In this document: positions 29,069-36,632 of the stretch, in pieces
How positions within the stretch are numbered: the first letter of the stretch is position 1
Layout of the letters: every line of letters starts with the position of its first letter
NCBI GenBank assembly: GCA_964481615.1
Contig: CAYZXZ010000002.1
Span: 1 to 42,292, forward strand
Length of the DNA stretch: 42,292 bases
Direction: 5' to 3'
Source of the DNA: an uncultured Desulfobacteraceae bacterium
GTDB taxonomy: Bacteria > Desulfobacterota > Desulfobacteria > Desulfobacterales > Desulfosalsimonadaceae
The notes under the pieces: generated by a model
What the model was told of the DNA's origin: nothing
What the model saw: only the letters and a program-made list of their open reading frames with translations
Database searches by the model: none
Translations under genes and position numbers: made by a program

Positions 29069-29493
29069 CACCTGGAAAGATGATCGATGACCGGCCGATT
29101 GATGCATGCATAAATTTCTTCATCCGACCCGTATACATCTACAATATCCTTGTGTCTGATCAGGTGTTCGATGACAAAGGCGGTGACGTAAAGGGTGACG
29201 ATATGCGGGTTGGGAACGAGCATGCGGATCGGGGCGATTTGATAGTCGATATCGAAATCATCGGCCCGGGACAGTTTTTCAAGACAGTATTCAATCTGTT
29301 CTTCGAGAATGCGTTTGTTGTTGGTTTCAACCAGTTCGCTTTCTATGAGCTTCATTGCAATGGCGTTGCTCAGCCCTTCCAGGTGATCGGAAACGGAGCT
29401 GATGACGCGCCTGCGTTCATGTTCCGTGGTGGACGCGATTTTGGAAATCAACCGCGATTCCCCAAGGTTGCCCGGACGAAATCGTTTTGACAT
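29068..29493 (-). CDS. hypothetical 141-aa protein, translationally coupled to the MBL hydrolase
   Basis: Uninterrupted ORF with protein-like composition, and its stop overlaps the next start. I do not securely recognise a family (there is a vague DUF507-like flavour only). Confidence 0.55.
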   Translation of the reverse strand: MSKRFRPGNLGESRLISKIASTTEHERRRVISSVSDHLEGLSNAIAMKLIESELVETNNKRILEEQIEYCLEKLSRADDFDIDYQIAPIRMLVPNPHIVTLYVTAFVIEHLIRHKDIVDVYGSDEEIYACINRPVIDHLSR

Positions 29494-29605
29494 GGACCAG
29501 ACCTTTTTTCAGTAATGGTTTAATAAAATCTCTAAAACGAATTATTATAAAATCAATACAAGTTGATTTCAAGAAAAAAGTCATTAAAAACACTCCACGC
29601 CATGA

Positions 29606-31327
29606 CTACCAGACATCTTCGATCATGATCTGAAGAGTTGTTTTGCCGTTCCAGCGGTTGCGCCGCAGCCGGTATGCCATGTTGGCGAAATACCGCTGGT
29701 GGATCATATCCATGTCCGCGTTAAACCAGATGGCCGGGACAGGCGGTGCATCCCGGCGATTGGGATGGGTCATCGCAAAACGCAAATGCGCGTTTCCGGC
29801 CGCCTTTGCAAAGGTGACAATCACGTTTGCAGCCAGAAAGACCGGTTCTGGATGCTCCGGGCCGAAGGGTTGCAGGGCCTCGATTTCATCCATGAGCGGA
29901 TCTGAAATCATGTCCAGGTTGAGCGCGCAGTCGATCTCAGCGGTCGGGGTCAGGTCCATGCAGGCGGTCATTGTTGAGATGATTTTTTCAAAAGCCTGCT
30001 TGAACGGTTCGTAATTTTCCGGCCGGAGCCGTATCCCGGCTGCCATGGGATGTCCGCCGAAATCATCGAGATATTCGGCGCAGGCCGCAATGGCTGCATA
30101 CAGATTGACGCCGGGGATGCTCCTGGCCGATCCTTTGCCCCATCCCTCCCTGAAGGAAACCAGCACCACCGGCCGGTAAAATTGGTCCACCAGCCGGGAG
30201 GCCACAATCCCCAAGACTCCATCGTGCCAGTCGGAATGGCAGAGCACAATAGATTTTTTTTCGAGCGTCTCGGGCGATTCCTTGAAATACATACCGATCC
30301 GGTGCAGGATCTGCTGTTCAACCGTCTGGCGCTCCTGGTTGAGGGTATTGATTTTTTCCGCCAGCACCCTGGCTTCGGTTGCGTCCCTGGCCCGAAGAAC
30401 CGCCACGCCCAGATCTGCGTGGTCCATGCGGCCGGCCGCGTTAAGACGCGGCCCGATGCGAAAGCTGATGTCTTCTTCGTTGATAAACGGCCCGGCATTT
30501 CCGCTGACATCCATAAGCGCGCGGATGCCTGGCCTCGGACGGGCGTTTAATATGTAGATTCCGTCTTTGGTGATGAGACGGTTCTCCTGAATCATGGGCA
30601 CCACATCCGAAATGGTTCCCAGTGCCGCCAAGTCGCAATAATCCTTCAGGTTCGGCTCGGGCCTGCCGGAATGCCAGAAACCAGTGTCCCGCAGATGAGC
30701 GCGCAGGCGGATGAGCAGAAAAAAGACAACTCCGACCCCGGATAAATAGGCGGCTTTTGACAGGCAGTCGCGCCGGCGGGGATTGATGAGTGCGCAAGCC
30801 TCGGGCATGGCGTCGGAAACCGTGTGATGGTCGGTAACAATGGCATCGATTCCGTATTGGCGCGCCCGCTTTACGGCATCGTGGCTGTCGGATCCGCAAT
30901 CTACGGTAATCAAAAGCGTGGCGCCCTTGTGTCGGACCACAGCATCGATATGGCGGGTGTTTAAGCCATATCCTTCAGTCATGCGATGGGGAATGTAATA
31001 CGTCGCATCGGCGCCGGCGTGCAGGAGAAATTCGAGCAGGATCGTGGTGGCGGTGATGCCGTCAACATCATAATCACCGAAAATCAGGATTTTTTCGTTG
31101 CAACAGACGGCATCCGCGATGCGGCGGACGGCCTTGTCCACATCAACCAGCCGTTCAATGGCCCGGACGCGCGACCATGAAGGATTCAGAAACGCGTTCA
31201 GATCGGTACCGGAGGCGATGCCGCGGCTGGCCATGATGGCCGAAATAACACGATGGCAGCCGGATTCACGGCATATCCGATCCATTGCAAGGGGATCCGG
31301 CTGTTTCAGTCGCCATCGTTTTTTCAT
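29606..31327 (-). CDS. recJ: single-stranded-DNA-specific exonuclease RecJ
   Basis: DHH-family motifs FGDYDVDGITA, DCGS and VTDHH, plus a DHHA1 GGHPMAAG. Start at MKKRWRL (31327). Confidence 0.93.
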   Translation of the reverse strand: MKKRWRLKQPDPLAMDRICRESGCHRVISAIMASRGIASGTDLNAFLNPSWSRVRAIERLVDVDKAVRRIADAVCCNEKILIFGDYDVDGITATTILLEFLLHAGADATYYIPHRMTEGYGLNTRHIDAVVRHKGATLLITVDCGSDSHDAVKRARQYGIDAIVTDHHTVSDAMPEACALINPRRRDCLSKAAYLSGVGVVFFLLIRLRAHLRDTGFWHSGRPEPNLKDYCDLAALGTISDVVPMIQENRLITKDGIYILNARPRPGIRALMDVSGNAGPFINEEDISFRIGPRLNAAGRMDHADLGVAVLRARDATEARVLAEKINTLNQERQTVEQQILHRIGMYFKESPETLEKKSIVLCHSDWHDGVLGIVASRLVDQFYRPVVLVSFREGWGKGSARSIPGVNLYAAIAACAEYLDDFGGHPMAAGIRLRPENYEPFKQAFEKIISTMTACMDLTPTAEIDCALNLDMISDPLMDEIEALQPFGPEHPEPVFLAANVIVTFAKAAGNAHLRFAMTHPNRRDAPPVPAIWFNADMDMIHQRYFANMAYRLRRNRWNGKTTLQIMIEDVW

Positions 31328-31576
31328 AGCCGTGCCTATAACGCAATCCACCGATTGATACAATGATAAAAAGCCATGATAAAAAACCGCGAGATGGTGA
31401 TGTCCGGATTTTCTGTTGATAAAATGACGGTCTGTCGATATGAATAACCGTACTTTTGTAAAAAGTCCGATGTTGCGCGATTCATAAGCCTTTTCAGGAG
31501 ACGCTCAATCTTGCTCGCAAAAGATTTTTTACAAGAGTGTAAGTGATCAATATGATGGTGTTGAAAAAGGAAAATA

Positions 31577-31798
31577 ATGTTGTCAACGCGTAAGCGATAC
31601 CGGATCGACCGTAAATCGGTCGGTTGGCTCAAATTCATTTTTGAAGCCTATGACGGGATTGCCCTGATCTCCACCAAAGACCCTTACGCGGCAGAAGTCG
31701 AGCTTCTGATCCCGCCGGGCTGCGAGGCGGATGTGGATGACCTGATCCGGGACCTGAGACGCGATATGATCATCGAACCCGTAAATTCAAATAGTTGA
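31577..31798 (+). CDS. DUF4911 domain-containing small protein
   Basis: RIDRKSVGWLKFIFEAYDGIALISTKDP...LLIPPGCEADVDDLIRDL matches my recollection of DUF4911 proteins, which precede miaB in deltaproteobacteria. Confidence 0.7.
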   Translation: MLSTRKRYRIDRKSVGWLKFIFEAYDGIALISTKDPYAAEVELLIPPGCEADVDDLIRDLRRDMIIEPVNSNS

Positions 31799-31818
31799 TA
31801 GAGGTTTACCAGCGTATC

Positions 31819-33246
31819 ATGACATCTTCTTCTAAAGTCTTTGTTCATACCATCGGATGCCAGATGAACGTCTATGATTCCGAGCGGATGCTTCAGCAGT
31901 TGCACGTCCTTTCATTTTCCGCGATCGACGACATCGACGATGCCGATGTGATCATCTTAAACACCTGCGCCATCCGTGAAAAAGCCGTTCAGAAGGTTTA
32001 CAGTTTCCTTGGGAGACTGACTGCCCTTAAACGAAAACGACCGGATGTATGCGTCATCGTGGCCGGTTGTGTAGCCCAGCAGATGGGGAAAAATCTTGTC
32101 GACCGTTTCCCCACGATCGATATTGTGATAGGCACCCACGCGGTGCATCGTCTTCCCGAATATCTGGAGCGTCTTTTTCGTGATGGCGGTCCTGTCATCG
32201 ATACGGAAATGACGGACGATATACCCGAATTCCCGGCCGACATGCCCATACTCCCGCAAACCATCGCCTCACGTCACGTCACCATCATGCGGGGATGTGA
32301 TAATTTCTGCGCCTACTGCGTGGTTCCTTATGTTCGGGGCATGGAAATCAGCCGCCGGCCGGAAGATATCATCTATGAAATCAAAATGCTGGTGCGTTCG
32401 GGCGTGAAAGAGGTCACTCTTCTCGGACAAAACGTCAACAGTTACGGAATCAAGGAAGGCCTGGTTTCCTTTCCGCAACTGCTGCAACAGGTAAATGAGC
32501 TTAACGGCTTGGAAAGAATCCGGTTCGTGACTTCCCATCCCAAGGACCTTTCGGAAGACCTGATGAATTCGTTTGCCAGGCTCGACAAATTATGCAATCA
32601 TATACATCTGCCGGTTCAATCCGGTTCAAATCGGATTCTGGCGACGATGAACCGGAAATACACGCGTGAAATCTACATGCACAAGCTTGAAAAACTGCGT
32701 ACCATATCCCCCGGCATTGCCGTGACCACCGATATCATCGCCGGGTTTCCGGGGGAAACGGATGACGACTTTGCACAAACCCTCGACTTGATGACCACTG
32801 TCGGGTTTGATCATATTTTCGCTTTTGTTTATTCGGACCGCCCGGATACTCCGGCATCCCGTTTTCCGGAAAAAGTGCCGGAGACGGTCAAGGGATCGCG
32901 GTTGCGCAGGGCGCTAAAAACCCAGGAAGAGATCACCCGGCAGATTTATCGCCGTCTGATTGGACATGTGTTTCCGGTCCTGGTGGAAGGATATAGCAAA
33001 AATCAACTGAAATCAGACGGGGTCTCGCCGTTGCCGCACCTTGAACTGTCGGGAAGGACCCCTGAAAACCGTATCGTCAATTTTTATGTGCACGCGTCCG
33101 GTCCCGAGGCGGATACGGATTTATTCAACGGCCGCATCCGTAGTGTCCGGATCGACCGTGCATGTGAAAATTCCCTCCAGGGAACAGCGCTTGATGAGGC
33201 GGACCATTGCATCGCCTCGAAAGGAGGTCAAGTTTATGTTGCATGA
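31819..33246 (+). CDS. miaB: tRNA-2-methylthio-N6-dimethylallyladenosine synthase
   Basis: UPF0004 N-domain (VFVHTIGCQMNVYDSE), radical-SAM CDNFCAYCVVP, and a TRAM C-terminus. Confidence 0.93.
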   Translation: MTSSSKVFVHTIGCQMNVYDSERMLQQLHVLSFSAIDDIDDADVIILNTCAIREKAVQKVYSFLGRLTALKRKRPDVCVIVAGCVAQQMGKNLVDRFPTIDIVIGTHAVHRLPEYLERLFRDGGPVIDTEMTDDIPEFPADMPILPQTIASRHVTIMRGCDNFCAYCVVPYVRGMEISRRPEDIIYEIKMLVRSGVKEVTLLGQNVNSYGIKEGLVSFPQLLQQVNELNGLERIRFVTSHPKDLSEDLMNSFARLDKLCNHIHLPVQSGSNRILATMNRKYTREIYMHKLEKLRTISPGIAVTTDIIAGFPGETDDDFAQTLDLMTTVGFDHIFAFVYSDRPDTPASRFPEKVPETVKGSRLRRALKTQEEITRQIYRRLIGHVFPVLVEGYSKNQLKSDGVSPLPHLELSGRTPENRIVNFYVHASGPEADTDLFNGRIRSVRIDRACENSLQGTALDEADHCIASKGGQVYVA

Positions 33247-33745
33247 AATGAAAATCGGCGGGCTGGCCATGGATCCATCCACCAATGCCCCGATTCTGAT
33301 ATTGAATTCCATCAATGATGATTTTTCCATCCCCATATGGATCGGCTTGCTGGAAGCCGCTGCCATTGCATCGGTTCTCCAAAACATCACCTTTGACCGT
33401 CCCATGACCCATGACCTGTTCCAGAAATTCATCGAAAAAGTCAATATCAGCATCCCGCGAATCGAAGTGTGCGACCTGAAAAATAATACCTTCTACGCAA
33501 AAATCCATTGCCAGTCGCTGGACGGGACCTTTGTAATGGATGCCCGGCCCAGCGACGCTATTGCCCTGGCTCTTCGCGTCAACGCCGCCATATACGTAGA
33601 TGATAAGGTCATCGAGAATTTGAAAATCAAGGACGATCCAGCCAACGGTGAATATGAAAGCGTCGACGACAGCGATCAGGGAAAGCAATGGGAGGATTAT
33701 CTGAAAAATCTTTCCAGGGACGATTTTGGCAAATACAAGGTTTGA
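33236..33745 (+). CDS. bifunctional nuclease (BFN/DUF151) family protein
   Basis: PILILNSINDDFSIPIWIGLLEAAAIA...RPMTHDL...DARPSDAIALALR. AAGGAGG at 33221-33227. The gene overlaps the miaB 3' end by 11 nt. Confidence 0.85.
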   Translation: MLHEMKIGGLAMDPSTNAPILILNSINDDFSIPIWIGLLEAAAIASVLQNITFDRPMTHDLFQKFIEKVNISIPRIEVCDLKNNTFYAKIHCQSLDGTFVMDARPSDAIALALRVNAAIYVDDKVIENLKIKDDPANGEYESVDDSDQGKQWEDYLKNLSRDDFGKYKV

Positions 33746-33827
33746 CGGCTTCGTAATAAGTCCTTTTGCGAGCAAAATTGGATTTTTTTACGAAACCGTC
33801 AAGGTGTAAAGAAAAGGCTGGACGAAC

Positions 33828-34484
33828 ATGATTGACCTGCACGCGCATTCTATTTTCAGCGACGGGGAACTGATCCCCTCAGAGCTGGCCATACGTGCCG
33901 AGGCCCGTGGCCTGACCGCCATCGGCATAACGGATCACGGGGACCTGTCCAACCTTGATTTTATCATTCCAAGAATCGTCTCGGTTACCGAGCAGTTGAA
34001 TCCAGTGATATCCATCCGCATCATACCAGGCATCGAAATCACCCATGTGCCACCTCGGCTTATTAGGGACACCATCATGAAAGCACGGGATCTGGGGGCT
34101 TGCATCGTCATTGTTCACGGGGAAACCATCGCCGAGCCCGTGGCACCCGGCACCAATTCAGCGGCCATTGAGGCGGGGGCCGACATCCTGGCCCATCCGG
34201 GGCTGATCAGTGAGCACGATGTCATGGCGGCACGGGACGCTCAGGTGCTGCTGGAGATTACCGCCCGAAGGGGGCACTGTCTCACTAACGGTCATGTGGC
34301 CCGAATGGCCCGGCAATACGGCGCGAAACTGGTGATCAATACCGATTCCCATAGTCCAGGCGACCTGATCGACGACAAGACTGCCGAATGCATCGTCTGT
34401 GGCGCCGGTCTCGATATAGGCGCTTTTGCACAGATGCAGCAGAACGCTGCAGCGTTGATTGAAAAAAAGTATAAAAAAACTTGA
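33828..34484 (+). CDS. PHP-domain (histidinol-phosphatase-like) metal-dependent phosphoesterase
   Basis: MIDLHAHSIFSDG...GITDHGD...VHGE...NTDSH metal ligands. Confidence 0.8.
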   Translation: MIDLHAHSIFSDGELIPSELAIRAEARGLTAIGITDHGDLSNLDFIIPRIVSVTEQLNPVISIRIIPGIEITHVPPRLIRDTIMKARDLGACIVIVHGETIAEPVAPGTNSAAIEAGADILAHPGLISEHDVMAARDAQVLLEITARRGHCLTNGHVARMARQYGAKLVINTDSHSPGDLIDDKTAECIVCGAGLDIGAFAQMQQNAAALIEKKYKKT

Positions 34485-34510
34485 CATTTGTTCCGGGTTG
34501 GGTCAGATAG
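34481..34510 (+). promoter_or_regulatory. possible promoter of the aro leader transcript
   Basis: A perfect TTGACA (34481-34486) overlaps the PHP gene's stop. The only -10 candidates are weak (GATAGT at a 19-nt spacer, CAGATA at 17 nt). Confidence 0.3.
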
Positions 34511-34562
34511 TCAAGAAATTCAATAGCGACAACCAAAAGAAACAGATGAGACATCATCCGTG

Positions 34563-34652
34563 ATGGAAACTTTTTTAAGCAGACGCAGCTTTTATTACTA
34601 CTGGTATTATCGCTATTGTTGCGCCTGCGCAAAAGGCTCCCCTCCGGTATGA
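34563..34652 (+). CDS. putative aromatic amino-acid leader peptide METFLSRRSFYYYWYYRYCCACAKGSPPV
   Basis: 29 codons, ATG 34563 to TGA 34650-34652. Seven of nine consecutive codons (34590-34616) are Phe/Tyr/Trp. The ORF lies between a candidate promoter and an intrinsic terminator directly upstream of the aro operon. The Shine-Dalgarno sequence is weak. Confidence 0.65.
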   Translation: METFLSRRSFYYYWYYRYCCACAKGSPPV

Positions 34653-34696
34653 GATGATGACATACTGAAAATACGTGAGACCTTAAAGCCGCAGGC
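34623..34696 (+). promoter_or_regulatory. candidate antiterminator helix of the aro attenuator
   Basis: GCCTGCG (34623-34629) pairs with CGCAGGC (34690-34696), which is the terminator's 5' arm. AAGGCTC (34633-34639) pairs with GAG(A)CCTT (34677-34684). GCCTGCG is an exact copy of the terminator's 3' arm (34703-34709). Confidence 0.55.
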
Positions 34697-34718
34697 AAAA
34701 AAGCCTGCGGCTTTTTTT
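34685..34718 (+). terminator. intrinsic terminator (attenuator) 36 nt upstream of the aroA' start
   Basis: AAAGCCGCAGGC-AAAAAA-GCCTGCGGCTTT forms a 12-bp stem and runs into a 7-T tract (34712-34718). Confidence 0.85.
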
Positions 34719-34754
34719 GTTGTTAAATCCCAACATCAACAAAAGGAGAAGACC

Positions 34755-35547
34755 ATGACCATCATCGGCAAACAGATTCGCATGGAACGCATCATGGACC
34801 GCAATACCCGCAAGACCATCATCGTGCCGCTGGATCACGGGGTTTCCGTCGGACCCATTGAAGGTATTTGCGACATCCGTGAAACCGTGGCCCTTGTGGC
34901 CGAGGGCGGCGCTAAGGCAATTGTCGAACACAAAGGACTGGTGGGAGCCGGACATCGGCGCAGCGGCTCGGATATCGGGCTCATCATCCATCTGTCCGCA
35001 TCCACTGCACTGTCGCCGCATCCCCATTCGAAAACGCTTGTCAGCTCGGTGGAAGAGGCCCTGAAGCTGGGTGCGGATGCGGTCTCCATCCATGTGAACA
35101 TCGGCGACGAACAGGAAAAGGATATGCTCAATGATTTCGGACGGGTCAGTTATGAGGCGCGCAACTGGGGCATGCCGCTGCTGGATGTATCCGAGGGGGC
35201 AGAAAATCAGGGATGAATATGATGTGGAAGTAGTTAAGCATGCGGCCCGGGTAGGATGCGAAATGGGCGCTGATATCGTCAAGGTCTCCTACACCGGTTC
35301 GCCGGAAACCTTTCGCCGGGTGGTTGAAGGAAGCACCGTGCCGGTGGTTATTGCAGGCGGGGCAAAGATGGGATCGGATCGCGATATTCTTGAGATGGTT
35401 AGAGGCGCCATGGATGCCGGGGCAGCAGGCGCATCCATCGGCCGAAATGTTTTCCAGCATGTTGACCCTCCTCGTATGGTCAGGGCCATGGCAAAAATCA
35501 TCTTTGAAAACGCCTCGGTGGACGCTGCCCTACAAATACTGGAATAG
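34755..35547 (+). pseudogene. aroA': 2-amino-3,7-dideoxy-D-threo-hept-6-ulosonate synthase (class I aldolase, DhnA/FbaB family), interrupted by a +1 frame change near 35184
   Basis: ORFs 34755-35216 and 35131-35547 are the N- and C-terminal halves of one ~265-aa enzyme. Frame 0 reads ...NWGMPLL then [10 protein letters not shown]-stop. The +1 frame reads [38 protein letters not shown] from ATG 35185. The cause could be a sequencing indel, a real pseudogene or a split gene. Confidence 0.8.
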
Positions 35548-35588
35548 CGGCTCCGCCGCTTCTGGATCTCATCAAGGAGAGCACGGAC

Positions 35589-36581
35589 ATGCGAAAAATT
35601 TGGATTAACGTTGTTCCATGGGACAAGGAGCTTGTAACCACTGCTCTGGAAGGCGGTGCGGACGGCGTGCTGGTTCCTGCCGGATATTCGGAAAAAGTCA
35701 AAGCCCTGGGCCGGATCGACACTATAGCCGAAGATGGGGATATACGGCTCGGGGTGGATGTTGTCACCCGCACCATCGAAAGCGGTCTGGACGAGGACGA
35801 GATCGCCCGGATATCGAAAACCACACCGGTGATTTTGGAATGCACCGACTGGTCGGTCATCCCTCTTGAAAACCTGATCGCCAAAGGCGCCGATGTCATT
35901 GCACGGGTTGGTTCCATGGAAGAAGCGGAAACCGCTTTCGGCATCCTTGAAAAAGGCGTGGACCGTATTCTGCTCTGCACCCGTGACCCGCTGGAGATCA
36001 AAAAAACCCTTGGCCGCCTTAAATCCGATGTTGAGACAATCGTCTTAGAGATAGCTGAAATCACCGATATTCGTCCGGCGGGCATGGGAGACCGGGTCTG
36101 CGTGGACACCTGCACCCACATGGAAAAAGGGGAGGGGATGCTGGTGGGCAACAGCAGCGGGGCACTGTTTTTGGTGCATGCCGAAAGCGTGGTCAATCCC
36201 TATGTTTCGCCACGGCCGTTCCGGGTTAATGCCGGACCGGTGCATGCCTATACCCGGGTTCCGGGTAACAAAACCCGTTACCTTTCCGAACTGGTGGCTG
36301 GTGATCCGGTGCTGATCACCGATTACTCGGGACGATCACATGTGGGAACGGTGGGCCGGGTCAAGATTGAAAAACGGCCTTTGCTCCTGGTCCGGGCAAA
36401 AGCTGGCGGGCAAGAGATCACCGCCATTGTCCAGAACGCCGAAACCATCCGCCTGACCGATCCTGACGGAAATCCGGTCTCTGTCGTTGAGTTAAAACCG
36501 GGCGACAGCGTACTGGTGGCGCTGGAATCCACCGGCCGGCATTTCGGCATAAAAATAGACGAAACCATCAGGGAAAAATAA
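35589..36581 (+). CDS. aroB': 3-dehydroquinate synthase II (archaeal-type)
   Basis: MRKIWINVVPWDKELVTTALEGGADGVLVP..., ~330 aa, typical of the DHQS-II family. AAGGAGAG Shine-Dalgarno sequence. Confidence 0.85.
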   Translation: MRKIWINVVPWDKELVTTALEGGADGVLVPAGYSEKVKALGRIDTIAEDGDIRLGVDVVTRTIESGLDEDEIARISKTTPVILECTDWSVIPLENLIAKGADVIARVGSMEEAETAFGILEKGVDRILLCTRDPLEIKKTLGRLKSDVETIVLEIAEITDIRPAGMGDRVCVDTCTHMEKGEGMLVGNSSGALFLVHAESVVNPYVSPRPFRVNAGPVHAYTRVPGNKTRYLSELVAGDPVLITDYSGRSHVGTVGRVKIEKRPLLLVRAKAGGQEITAIVQNAETIRLTDPDGNPVSVVELKPGDSVLVALESTGRHFGIKIDETIREK

Positions 36582-36632
36582 TGAACATTACTGCCGCTAC
36601 GCATCCTTTCGGGTAAAGGAGACAGGATCGCC

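Noticed and set aside
34546-34563. A 5-codon ORF (MRHHP-stop) overlapping the leader-peptide start as TGATG.
   Set aside because: It is too short to interpret. It may merely deliver ribosomes to the leader ATG, so it is mentioned only as a caveat to the attenuator model.
35178-35192. Programmed +1 ribosomal frameshifting as the explanation for the aroA' split.
   Set aside because: The junction CUG CUG G AUG has no slippery or hungry-codon context, no in-frame stop at the shift site, and no upstream Shine-Dalgarno-like stimulator of the kind seen in prfB. An indel or a split gene is more parsimonious.
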